From: an uncultured candidatus Brocadiaceae bacterium
GTDB taxonomy: Bacteria > Planctomycetota > Brocadiia > SM23-32
Reading direction: 5' to 3'
Assembly (NCBI GenBank): GCA_964510315.1
Contig: CAZEAP010000011.1
Span: 22,985-86,984 of the forward strand
Length of the DNA stretch: 64,000 nucleotides
Shown: piece by piece, positions 49,397-58,383 of the stretch
Numbering within the stretch: position 1 is the first letter of the stretch
Layout: each line of letters begins with the position of its first letter
The notes under the pieces: generated by a model
The model's input: only the letters and a program-made list of their open reading frames with translations
What the model was told of the DNA's origin: nothing
Database searches by the model: none
Program-made: the position numbers and the translations under genes

Positions 49397-52300
49397 TCAG
49401 TCCGGGGGGTGGACGAGCCCGGCGACCTGCTCCACCAGTTCATGCGTCAGTTCCCGACGCCGAAGCTCGGAGCCGCGCACGAAAAACAGCGCCAGTTCCA
49501 CCTGTCCTTCGGCAAGGCCGCAGGCCTGCGCGGCCAGCCCGTACAGGGTCAACTGGGGCCAATAGCGTTCCGGCTCGACGGTCCGGTCGGTCTTGTAATC
49601 CAGAACGAGCGTCCGCCCGGCCGTCTCCGCCAGCAGGTCGATGCTGCCCTCGACGAGGCCGTCCTCCCGCTCCACCTCCAGCGGAAGGGCCGAGAGGGGG
49701 ACGGAGAAACCCACCTCCCGCCGCACACTGCCCGCATCCCGCAGCAAGGCCACGAACTCCGGGGCTTTCAGCGCCGAGAGGGCCAGCCGGACGGCCTCCT
49801 CCTCGACCTCCTCGCTCTGCCCCGGCCCTGAGGCCCCGAGGCCCGCCAGGCCGCGCACCACCTCCTCCAGCTCTGCCTGTTCCCCGAGTGGCACGGCGCT
49901 CATCACGCGATGGAACAGCGACCCGACGTCCTTCCCCGCCGGACGACCCGGTCCCTGTTCGGCCGAAACGATGGGACGAAACTCCCTGTCCATACGACTG
50001 GGGTTGACGACGCGCCTGCCGGTCGAGAGCCGTTCCACCAGCTCTTCGTGGTGGGCCATCCAACTGCGCCGCTCGGCCAGTTGCCGCTCCACCTCCCCGG
50101 CGTCCTGCCGGGGCACCGCTCGGGGTTGGGCCCCGACCGAAAGGGTCTCGTGCCAGTCCCGGGTGTCGACGTAGTAGACGCCGTCCTTCCGCCGGCCGAA
50201 GGGCACTTCGTCGGGCGCCGCAAGGATGCCGCTTTCCTCCAGCATACCCAGGAAGCTGTTGCTGGAACGCCCCCACCAATGGAGGGGCATCACGAGGAGC
50301 CTTCGGGCGCGGGTGCAGGCCACGTAGAACAGCCGGCGCAGCTCCGCCGCCTGGTTGCCGTGTTCCTCCAGGCGCAGCCCCTCGTAGTCGGCCGTTTCAA
50401 TGCCTTTTTTCGCTCTGAGCCCGACGCGTCCGTCCTGCCGATTGAACAACAGGCGGTCCACCCGACCCTTGCCGGGAAACCGGCGCCCGAGGTCCGGGAG
50501 CACGACCACGGGGAACTCCAGCCCCTTCGCCTTGTGCATGGTGAGGAGTTGGACGAAATCCTGCCCCGGCTCAACCGCGCTGGATTCCCCCTCCGGGAGG
50601 TCGGCCTCTTCGATCGAACTGAGGTGCCGAATCATGGCCCCGAAGGTGCGCGCCGAACGGGCGAGGCTGCGGAGGCGGGCCCTCAACTGATCCAGGGCGG
50701 CGGCCCGCTGAGGGCCGGCCGGCTTCAGCATGTAGCTCTGCGGTGCCTTGGTCCCGTCGAATATCTCCCCCAGGAGCACCTGCGGGGCCACCAGGTTCCG
50801 CCGCCGATGCCAGCGGCCCAGCAGGCCCATCGCCTCCCCCACCGGTCCGGTTCTGACCTCCGTCCGCAGGTAATTCCACGAACCACCCTCCGCCCGGTAG
50901 CGGAGCAGGTCCTCATCACTGATCCCGAAGTAGGAACTCCGCAAAGCGGCCACGGTCGCCACCTGGTCCAGCGGGTCGTTTACCGCCCGCAACACCGCGA
51001 AGGTCTCCTCGGTTTGGAGCCGCCGGTAGAAGTGTTTGCCGCCGATCACCCGGTAGGGCACGCCGAGGGCATCCAGCGCATCCTCGTAGATGTCCACCGG
51101 AGAGAAGGAACGGAGGAGAAAGGCGAAATCGGCATAGGCGGGAGCGGCTCCGAAGTCGGGCACCGAGAGCCGCCCCTCCACGAGGTCCCGTACGAAACGG
51201 GCCAGGTGCCGCGCCTCCCAGGCACGGCCGGTTGCGGCGTTCCACCCGGAACTGTTCACGCCGGGAGCCGGACAGAGGCAGGCCACCGCGGGTCCTTCGG
51301 CTCTGACGTCGCTCAGCCCCGGCTCCAGCGGCACGTGCTCGGCCTGATAGACGCCCTCCGCGTCCGGGGGCTGGAACACGAACTCGAACAGGCGGTTGAA
51401 CCAATCCAGCAGCGGCCGGCAGGACCGGAAGTTGCAGAACACCTGCTCGACCCCATCCTGCCCGAAAAGCGCTTTGAACTGCTCGTAGACCTCGACGTCC
51501 GCCCGTCGGAACCGGTAGATGGACTGTTTGGGGTCGCCCACGGCCGTCAGCCGTCCCTCCGCCAACTCAACTTCCGAGAGCCGCCGCGCGGGGCCGGTGC
51601 CGGGCTTCTCGCACAGGTAGGCGATCAGTTCGGCCTGGAGGGGGTCGGTGTCCTGAAACTCGTCGACGAATATCTTCCGGAACCGGTGCTGGAAGTGGCG
51701 CCTGACCTCCGGCTTCTGCCGCAGCAGGCGAGCCGACAGCAGAAGGAGGTCCTGGAAATTCAGCACCGACCGCGACCGTCTCGCCGCGCGGTAGTGCTCA
51801 AGATACCCTCGGAGCCACTGGAAGACGCCGGCCGCCAGGTGAGCCGCGAGTCTGCGGGCCGCCTCCTGGAAACGGACAACCGGGGGGCCGGCCTCTTCAG
51901 CGTCTTCTCCGAAGCTCCTGAGGGCCTTCTCTGTGTCCACCGCCGCGGCCGCGTAGGCGAGCCGACGGAGGTCCGCAGCCCCGGCCCCCCGGGCGATCTG
52001 CCCGGCCAGATCGTGCAAAGCCCGGTGTTGCTTGTTCGTGCGCTTCGGCTCGAACCGCCGGAACGCCTCGGCCGCCTCTTCCGCGCTCCGGCCCACTTGC
52101 CGCAGTATCTCCCCGGGGTCTCCCTCGGGCCGCGGCAACTCGAAGGTGGGCAGCTCCAGTATTTCGGGCGCCGCCGCCAGTGCCGCCGCCAGCTCCTTCA
52201 GCCGCGCTTCAGCGATCCCGGCCCGGAGGGCCTCCACGAGCACGTCCGGCGCCTCGGCGACCTGAGCGTCGATCCAGTCCCGCCAGCACTCCTCCCGCAG

Positions 52301-52702
52301 CAGAGCGGCGCCGGTTTGCTCCAGAACCGTGAACTCGGGGTCCACGCCCGCTTCGGCGGGCTTCTCGCGGAGTATTCCCGCGCAGAAGGCGTGTATGGTG
52401 GAGACGTGAGCCCGGTCAATCTCGCCCGCGGCCGTGCGAAGACGGCGCCGCTCATCCTCCGGTATGCCGGGCTCGTGAAGCGCCTTCCTCAGGCGGTCCC
52501 GCAGGCGCTCTTCCAGCTCGCCGGCCGCCTTCTCGGTGAAGGTGATGGCGACGGTTTCCGGCAGGCGGAGGCTGCCGTCGCGGATTCCGTGCAGGATTCT
52601 CTCCACGATGAGGGTCGTCTTGCCGGTGCCCGCGGCGGCCTCGACCAGAACCGAACTCTCCGTTGAGCGCTCGATCCGGCGGCGTGTATCGCTGTCACGC
52701 AT
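49397..52702 (-). CDS. UvrD/PcrA-type SF1 helicase fused to a C-terminal PD-(D/E)XK nuclease (AddA/RecB-like helicase-nuclease)
   Basis: AAAGTGKTT Walker A, TFTEKAA, DEFQDT Walker B, TVHKAKGLEFP, C-terminal GSIDLL...LVLDYKTD nuclease motif. The ATG at 52702 (MRDSD...) was preferred over the 104-codon upstream extension in the track. No addB/recC-like partner is in the window. Confidence 0.85.
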   Translation of the reverse strand: MRDSDTRRRIERSTESSVLVEAAAGTGKTTLIVERILHGIRDGSLRLPETVAITFTEKAAGELEERLRDRLRKALHEPGIPEDERRRLRTAAGEIDRAHVSTIHAFCAGILREKPAEAGVDPEFTVLEQTGAALLREECWRDWIDAQVAEAPDVLVEALRAGIAEARLKELAAALAAAPEILELPTFELPRPEGDPGEILRQVGRSAEEAAEAFRRFEPKRTNKQHRALHDLAGQIARGAGAADLRRLAYAAAAVDTEKALRSFGEDAEEAGPPVVRFQEAARRLAAHLAAGVFQWLRGYLEHYRAARRSRSVLNFQDLLLLSARLLRQKPEVRRHFQHRFRKIFVDEFQDTDPLQAELIAYLCEKPGTGPARRLSEVELAEGRLTAVGDPKQSIYRFRRADVEVYEQFKALFGQDGVEQVFCNFRSCRPLLDWFNRLFEFVFQPPDAEGVYQAEHVPLEPGLSDVRAEGPAVACLCPAPGVNSSGWNAATGRAWEARHLARFVRDLVEGRLSVPDFGAAPAYADFAFLLRSFSPVDIYEDALDALGVPYRVIGGKHFYRRLQTEETFAVLRAVNDPLDQVATVAALRSSYFGISDEDLLRYRAEGGSWNYLRTEVRTGPVGEAMGLLGRWHRRRNLVAPQVLLGEIFDGTKAPQSYMLKPAGPQRAAALDQLRARLRSLARSARTFGAMIRHLSSIEEADLPEGESSAVEPGQDFVQLLTMHKAKGLEFPVVVLPDLGRRFPGKGRVDRLLFNRQDGRVGLRAKKGIETADYEGLRLEEHGNQAAELRRLFYVACTRARRLLVMPLHWWGRSSNSFLGMLEESGILAAPDEVPFGRRKDGVYYVDTRDWHETLSVGAQPRAVPRQDAGEVERQLAERRSWMAHHEELVERLSTGRRVVNPSRMDREFRPIVSAEQGPGRPAGKDVGSLFHRVMSAVPLGEQAELEEVVRGLAGLGASGPGQSEEVEEEAVRLALSALKAPEFVALLRDAGSVRREVGFSVPLSALPLEVEREDGLVEGSIDLLAETAGRTLVLDYKTDRTVEPERYWPQLTLYGLAAQACGLAEGQVELALFFVRGSELRRRELTHELVEQVAGLVHPPD

Positions 52703-52713
52703 GGCTTCACCGC

Positions 52714-53190
52714 CTATCCCGAGTCCTGCGGGCCGCCGGGCTTCAGTCCCAGGACGAGGGCGACTTCGTCGCAGTCGGGGAATTTGGGGCAGTTCAGGCA
52801 GTCGGTCCAGATCTTGTGAGGCAGGTTCTCCTTCGGATAGAGGGAGAAGCCGAACTTCAGGAAGAACTCCGGAAGGTAGGTCAGCACGAAGACCCGGTCC
52901 ATCCCGAGTTCTCGGGCTTCCTCCAGGCACCTTTCCACCAGCGCCGTCCCGATGCCCCCGCCCTGCCGGTCCTCCCGCACCGCGAGGCTGCGGATCTCCC
53001 CGAGGCCCTTCCAACTCACGTGCAGGGCTGCACAGCCCACCAGCCGGTCCTCCTCCCGGCAGACGAAGAAGTCGCGCAGGTTCTCGTAGATGTCGTTCAG
53101 GGAGCGGGGCAGCAACTGTTGCTGCTCCGCGTAGCGGTTCACCAAAGCGAGTATATCCGGTGGGTCGCCTATGCGCGCCTTCTCAATCAT
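52714..53190 (-). CDS. GNAT-family N-acetyltransferase (N-acetylglutamate synthase-like short form)
   Basis: Acetyl-CoA-binding motif REDRQGGGIGTALVERCLEEA. Start overlaps the upstream gene's stop (ATGATTGA). Confidence 0.8.
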   Translation of the reverse strand: MIEKARIGDPPDILALVNRYAEQQQLLPRSLNDIYENLRDFFVCREEDRLVGCAALHVSWKGLGEIRSLAVREDRQGGGIGTALVERCLEEARELGMDRVFVLTYLPEFFLKFGFSLYPKENLPHKIWTDCLNCPKFPDCDEVALVLGLKPGGPQDSG

Positions 53191-55126
53191 GGGAGTTCCG
53201 TCCGAACTTGAGGTCGGTGAGTAGAACCAGGCCCCGAAGCGCCGAATCCATCGTGGGCAGCCGTATCAGGTTCCGCCCCGGCCCCTGCCTGAACCCTCCG
53301 AGGGCCCGCTCGGGACGCTGCAGGTGGTAGCTGTTCTCCGGCAGAAACTGCAGCCGCATCAGATAGGCCGCGGCTCGCTCGGCCGCCCGCAGGTCCGCTT
53401 CCTTTCCCGCCAGCGCCGCGGCACCCGCAAAGACGACCAGGTCGTCGGCCGTATCGGCGGCCTCGGGAGGCCATTCCGAGAGGGTTCCACCGACCAGGTC
53501 TCGGGACGGAGCCTCCTCCGCGCCGAGCTGTTTTCCCCGTCGCTGCTCCGCAATGCGCGCCGCAAGCTCCGCGTAGCGCGGCTCCGGCAGGAAAGCGCTC
53601 AGTTCCAGCAGTGCGCTGACAACCCATCGTGCCTGCCGCGGGGAATACGACGGGAACTCTACATCCGGCGCGGCGCCGCCCTGCGGCGGCAGCGCCGCCT
53701 CGAAAGCATCCTTCGCGGCCGGCAGAAAGCGGGCCGTCCCCAGCTCCCGGTAGGCAAGGGCCAGCGCCACCGACCCCTTCGCCTGGACCACCGTCCGGTC
53801 GAAGCCTTCCGGCGGGGTGGTGCGCCCGCCGGTCTTCGGGTCGTATTTCAGCTCGAACTCGCCGCCTTCGCCCTGCATGAACAGCAGGAAATCGGCCAAC
53901 GACGCTATCCACGGATCGGTCTCCGCGTGGCCCGTCCCCCTGCGGAAGCGGCAGATGCCGGCCAGAAGCTGGGCGGACTCCTCGGTCTCCCAGGCCGCGT
54001 GACAGGTCTCCTCGCTGCTGACGAAGGACCTCCCCGGCGCGGCGGGGTCGGGCTGCGTGAAGCCGATCGCGTGCGCCAGGGCGCGATGGCAGCCCTGCAC
54101 GTAGGCCGGCTCCGGGGCCAGTTCGCACAGCCGCGCCAGCGCCGCCGCCGCCTCGGCCTGCAGCACCAGGCTCTCGCACCCGCCCTGGAGGCCGGTTTCC
54201 GGCGCGAAGTACATCGTGAACGAGCCGTCTCTGCTCTGGGTCGCGAGCAGGTATTCGGCCGCAAGTCGGCAGGAGCGGAGCAGCCCGGCGACATCCGCCC
54301 CGCCCCCGGGCGTCAGGCCGCGGGTGGCGGGCAATACGCGCCGGCTGCCCGAAGAGTCGTTGACGAAGCTCTCCGCCTTCAAAAGCCACATCCGCGCGGC
54401 CGGGTGACGCCAGGCCTCGGCCCGAAGCCCGGCACGGCGGCAGACCGCCCGCAGCATGTCCCGGTGATTCGACGCCTCCCAGCCCACCACGTCGGCCGGC
54501 AGGAAATAGCCCTCCTTCGCGCCTTTCCAAAGGGCCAGCCCCACCGGGGCACCGAACTTCCTTTCGGCAAAGTCCCGCCGCTTGCCGACGGGGAACCGAC
54601 GCCCCTCCGTGAGGATATCCATCCGCACCCGCAGGTCGCCGGCCGAGGTCCCCGGCCCCATGCGGCCGCTGAGACGCCGCGCTGCGGTCCGGACGCTCCG
54701 CGCAAGGTTCTGCTCCCGGCACTGCTCCCGCAGCGGCGGGCCCCCGCGCGGATAGATGGTCACGAAGACGGGGGCATCGGGCGTATCCTCACAGCAACTC
54801 GGTTCGGGGGGCTCCGCCTCGCTTCGGTGCGCGGCCAGTGAATCGAGGAACAAGGCCATAAGGCCGGCTTGCTCCTCCCGCGTCAGCTCGAAGTTCAGCC
54901 ACGCGCCTTCGGGCGGCAGGAGCTGCGGCCCGGGCGTCTTGCCGGCCGCATCGGTCGGCTCCGGGCCGGCCGGAGCAACCGCGTAGATGCGTCCCCATCC
55001 GACCAGCGCGACCATCGCACAGGTGGCCAGCAGCAGAAGGAAGGCGACGGCCAGCTCGGTTCTGAGTCTATGCCGGTCCTCCGGTTCCATCGGCAGCCGC
55101 TGCCCTTCAATAGAGAGTCTACGCAT
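53183..55126 (-). CDS. Membrane-anchored protein with a divergent AMMECR1-like N-domain and a C-terminal alpha/alpha-toroid-like repeat domain
   Basis: TM anchor LAVAFLLLLATCAMVALVGW. The region APVFVTIYPRGGPPLREQC...SVRTAARRL...DLRVRMDILTEG...FGAPVGLALWKGAKEGYFLPADV...MLRAVCRRAGLRAEAWRHP follows the AMMECR1 block order; the LRGCIG Cys is replaced by REQC. Start ambiguous between 55126 and 55090. Confidence 0.55.
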   Translation of the reverse strand: MRRLSIEGQRLPMEPEDRHRLRTELAVAFLLLLATCAMVALVGWGRIYAVAPAGPEPTDAAGKTPGPQLLPPEGAWLNFELTREEQAGLMALFLDSLAAHRSEAEPPEPSCCEDTPDAPVFVTIYPRGGPPLREQCREQNLARSVRTAARRLSGRMGPGTSAGDLRVRMDILTEGRRFPVGKRRDFAERKFGAPVGLALWKGAKEGYFLPADVVGWEASNHRDMLRAVCRRAGLRAEAWRHPAARMWLLKAESFVNDSSGSRRVLPATRGLTPGGGADVAGLLRSCRLAAEYLLATQSRDGSFTMYFAPETGLQGGCESLVLQAEAAAALARLCELAPEPAYVQGCHRALAHAIGFTQPDPAAPGRSFVSSEETCHAAWETEESAQLLAGICRFRRGTGHAETDPWIASLADFLLFMQGEGGEFELKYDPKTGGRTTPPEGFDRTVVQAKGSVALALAYRELGTARFLPAAKDAFEAALPPQGGAAPDVEFPSYSPRQARWVVSALLELSAFLPEPRYAELAARIAEQRRGKQLGAEEAPSRDLVGGTLSEWPPEAADTADDLVVFAGAAALAGKEADLRAAERAAAYLMRLQFLPENSYHLQRPERALGGFRQGPGRNLIRLPTMDSALRGLVLLTDLKFGRNSHD

Positions 55127-55160
55127 TCGGTCGGCGTCCGCGACCGTCGGCGGCGGGCGC

Positions 55161-56096
55161 TCAGAGACGCTCTTTATACCACCGAACGGTGCGCCGCAGG
55201 CCTTCCTCAAAGCCGACTGCGGGGTCGTAACCGATCCGGCGCCGGGCCTTCTGTATGTCGGCGAGGGAGTGCCGCACGTCGCCCGAGCGTTCCGGGCCGT
55301 ACTCCGGCTCCACGGAGGTCTCCAGGATGCCGCCGAGAAACTCCAGCAGTTCGTTGAGGGTATGCCGCTCGCCGCAGCCGATGTTCACCACGGCCCCCGC
55401 AGCGCCCTCGGCCCGGGCCGCCTGCAGATTCGCGTCCACCACGTTGTCCACGAAGGTGAAGTCGCGCGACTGCTCCCCGTCGCCGAACACGGTTGGTCTT
55501 TTCCCTTCCAGCAGGCAGCGGACGAAGATGGGGACGACGGCGGCGTACTGGCCGGCGGGGTCCTGCCGGGGGCCGAAGACGTTGAAGTAGCGGAGGGCGA
55601 CCGTTTCCAGGCCGTACACCTCCGTGAAGGCCCCGCAGTAATGCTCGGCGGCCAGCTTGCTGACGGCGTAGGGACTTTTCGGCGCCGGCTTCATCCCCTC
55701 GTGTTTGGGAAGTTCGGGGGCGTCACCGTAGACGGAGCTGCTGGACGCGTAGACCACGCGCCCGACCCCGCAGTCCCGGGCGGCGTTGAGCAGCCGCAGC
55801 GTGCCTTCCACGTTGGCGCGGTTGGTGGCCACCGGGTTGTCCACCGACCTCTGCACGCTGGCCAGGGCGGCCTGGTGGAACACATAGCGGGCTCCCTCCA
55901 GCACCTCACGCAGCAGCGGGGCATCACAGATGCTTCCCTTCACGAACTCCACGTCCCCTTCCACCTCCGCCAGGTTTTCCTGCCTGCCGGTGGAAAGATC
56001 GTCCAGCACGCGGACCTCTTCGCCCTGCGAGGCCAGCCGGACGGCAATGTTGGACCCTATGAAGCCTGCGCCTCCGGTCACCACGTAAAGTGCCAA
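55161..56096 (-). CDS. NAD-dependent epimerase/dehydratase (GalE/WbpP-like extended SDR)
   Basis: VTGGAGFIGSN Rossmann motif, catalytic YAVSK, nucleotide-sugar epimerase layout. TTG start with ggagg upstream. Confidence 0.85.
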   Translation of the reverse strand: MALYVVTGGAGFIGSNIAVRLASQGEEVRVLDDLSTGRQENLAEVEGDVEFVKGSICDAPLLREVLEGARYVFHQAALASVQRSVDNPVATNRANVEGTLRLLNAARDCGVGRVVYASSSSVYGDAPELPKHEGMKPAPKSPYAVSKLAAEHYCGAFTEVYGLETVALRYFNVFGPRQDPAGQYAAVVPIFVRCLLEGKRPTVFGDGEQSRDFTFVDNVVDANLQAARAEGAAGAVVNIGCGERHTLNELLEFLGGILETSVEPEYGPERSGDVRHSLADIQKARRRIGYDPAVGFEEGLRRTVRWYKERL

Positions 56097-56272
56097 CTGT
56101 GCACCTCCTCTCCGGGCTCTCGCCCTCTGGCAGTCTTCGGCAAGACAGGAAGTCTATCGCACCCGGCGGCGGGCGACAAGCATATAGCGGCCGACAGGCA
56201 CCCGAAAAGGGACTCAAGACCCGATGAAGCCGCAAAGGCGGCAAGATTGAGAAAATGAGACCTCTGCACTTG

Positions 56273-56301
56273 ACAGATTACATTCGGAACCCTATATTTG
56301 G
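56273..56301 (+). promoter_or_regulatory. Near-consensus sigma70 promoter (TTGACA - 17 nt - TATATT) facing the zinc-ribbon ORF
   Basis: ttgacagattacattcggaaccctatatt read directly. It is AT-rich and stands out against the GC-rich background. It lies ~220 nt upstream of the ATG at 56521. Confidence 0.55.
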
Positions 56302-56411
56302 GTTTAGAGGGCGTCGGCCGGATGACGGCCCGTGAGGGCGGCCGGGAAAGCCCGCGTAGCCCCTCGCGGAGGCGCGGCAAGACAGGGCTCTTGGCCCGGC
56401 AACGTAGAGAC

Positions 56412-56447
56412 AAAAAAACGGGCCGCTCCCGACGGCTCGAGCCGTCG
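56412..56447 (-). terminator. Candidate minus-strand intrinsic terminator: perfect 18-nt palindrome cgacggctcgagccgtcg plus a short cggg/cccg hairpin followed by U7 (A7 on the plus strand)
   Basis: Plus strand reads caaaaaaacgggccgctcccgacggctcgagccgtcg. Spacing between the main stem and the U-tract is non-canonical. Confidence 0.3.
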
Positions 56448-56520
56448 TGTCTCCCCGGCGGCGCCAGGACGGACTCCTCCGGCCCCCCGAGTCGTTCCGC
56501 CGGGCGAGAAAGGCGGTATT

Positions 56521-56763
56521 ATGCGAGCACCTTCCCTTAAGCTGCTGGACACTTTGCCCGACGTTCACTGTCCCCGTTGCGAGCTTCTTATGGACCAGGA
56601 AGAGTTGAGTTACCAGTGTCCGAAGTGCGGCTACGCCTTCGCCGTTGACACCGAGAAGAAGCTCCCTGTTTTCCCGGAGATGGAGTTGGCCGGCGAAGAA
56701 GTTCAGCGTCGCTATCAAATTATGAAACAGTTCCACAGCATGCGCTGGTCAGCGCGTAGTTGA
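56521..56763 (+). CDS. Small zinc-ribbon protein (80 aa)
   Basis: CPRCELLMDQEELSYQCPKCGYAF gives two CxxC pairs. It is preceded by a long GC-rich structured leader downstream of the consensus promoter. Confidence 0.5.
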   Translation: MRAPSLKLLDTLPDVHCPRCELLMDQEELSYQCPKCGYAFAVDTEKKLPVFPEMELAGEEVQRRYQIMKQFHSMRWSARS

Positions 56764-56839
56764 CGGAACGCTCCCTGAAATCTCCGGCCCTCCGTGCGCC
56801 GGCGGAGATGTCCTGCACGGGGGCCGCCACTGCGGCCGC

Positions 56840-58156
56840 TTATTCGGTCCGCCCGCCGCCCTTCTGAGACTCCGGTTCCTCGAAACCGGGCAATAGCTCC
56901 GCCATCTTCCCCGTGAGCACCTCCTTGATGTCCGGATGGGAGCCGACGTAGCGACCCAACACCTTCCCCTGAGTGTCGATGACCACGAGCGTCGGGATGC
57001 CGCCGACCCTGTAGTCTTTGCCGATGGAATGGTTCTTGTCGAACACGATCGGGAAGGTCAGGCCTTTGTCTTTAACCACCTGGCGGGCGACCTCCGGGGA
57101 CCCGTCCTGATTGACGCCGATGACCAGGACGCCCTCCCCTTCGACCTCCTCCCAGAACTCCTGTATGTGCGGCAACTCCTGCATGCAGGGCTGGCACCAC
57201 CGGGCCCAAAAGTCCAGGATGACGACTTGCCCCTTCAGCTCGGAGAGCTGCAGGTCCTCCCCCTCCAGGGTTTGCCGGTCGAAATCGGGGGCCGGTTTCC
57301 CGGCGAGTGCACCCTTCTTCATCTGGGGCCGGGGCGCGCCTGCCGCCCCGCCCTTCATCTCCTCCGCGCCGGGGGGCGGTTCGAAATCGAATGTGCCCTC
57401 CTCGACCGGTGCGTTAAGCGTGATGTCGCTGATCGACAGGTTGTACTGCATCTCGTCGGGGGCCTGGCCGCCCATGGCCCCGAACTGCTCCTTCATCTTC
57501 TTCATCATCTCGCTCATGTCCGCCTCGAGGCGGAGGATGAGACCGTCGGTCCGACGGTGCAGCACCCGGACGGGGACGGCGGCCTTTTCTCCGGCGGGCG
57601 TCGGCCCGCTGAATTCCCCTTCAATCACCCAAACATCCACGCCGCCGGCCTTGTCGGCGCCCGTCACCTCGATCTTCTGGAAGGCGTCCTTGTAGGCGTC
57701 GGCCATCTGCTGGGCCGTCAGTGATGCCCCCTCCAGGTTCCCCGAAAGGTCGAGGTCCGGCCCGACCCGCGAAGCAAACTGACTGAAGACCTCCTTGTAC
57801 TCCATCACGCGGTACTGCTGTATCTGGGGAATGTAGACGGTGGCCTTCTCCCCGTCGCCGTACACCGTGTACATCGGCATCTTCACGCGGAACTTCATCG
57901 GGTCCGCGTAAGTCGCCGAGATCGGCAGGGTCGTGCTTATCGGCTGCTGTCCCATCATCATCTTCATCTGCACCTGCGCCGACACGCGCACGGTCTCGGC
58001 ATCTTTCAGCGTATTGGCCATCTGTAGCGCGATCTCCCCAGCCGACGGCCTCGCCTCCGACTCCGTCGTCGCCTCCTGGGCATGCGTCGGTGCCGCTGAA
58101 GCGAGCACGCAGATTATGACCATCAACGCCCCAATCCCTTTCCTCCGCCTGCCCAT
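56840..58156 (-). CDS. Secreted fusion: LolA-like (DUF2092-type) N-domain plus TlpA/ResA-family thioredoxin-fold oxidoreductase
   Basis: Signal peptide MGRRRKGIGALMVIICVLASAAPTHA. C-terminal LDFWARWCQPCMQELP (WCxxC), followed by the GIPTLVVID thioredoxin-fold block. ggaggg SD. Confidence 0.75.
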   Translation of the reverse strand: MGRRRKGIGALMVIICVLASAAPTHAQEATTESEARPSAGEIALQMANTLKDAETVRVSAQVQMKMMMGQQPISTTLPISATYADPMKFRVKMPMYTVYGDGEKATVYIPQIQQYRVMEYKEVFSQFASRVGPDLDLSGNLEGASLTAQQMADAYKDAFQKIEVTGADKAGGVDVWVIEGEFSGPTPAGEKAAVPVRVLHRRTDGLILRLEADMSEMMKKMKEQFGAMGGQAPDEMQYNLSISDITLNAPVEEGTFDFEPPPGAEEMKGGAAGAPRPQMKKGALAGKPAPDFDRQTLEGEDLQLSELKGQVVILDFWARWCQPCMQELPHIQEFWEEVEGEGVLVIGVNQDGSPEVARQVVKDKGLTFPIVFDKNHSIGKDYRVGGIPTLVVIDTQGKVLGRYVGSHPDIKEVLTGKMAELLPGFEEPESQKGGGRTE

Positions 58157-58383
58157 ACCGGTCCCTCCTCTGGCTGAATCCGTCAAACATCGCAAAGACC
58201 CCCTCCATCGGGAGGCAGGGCCTTGCCTGCCGTACCGTACGGCCTGGAGGGCCTGCCTGTCAACAGAGCGCACGGGGGCACTTGCACTATAAGGGAGCGT
58301 CATCGCTCACCGGAGGCAGCCCTATGCTGGCGACGGAAGGCCCTCGCAGGCTCTTTCACAACGGCGGTCATGACCGTTGCACC

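Noticed and set aside
49397-52702. Complete AddAB/RecBCD-type recombination module
   Set aside because: Only the AddA/RecB-like helicase-nuclease is present. No AddB/RecC/RecD-like ORF is in the window.
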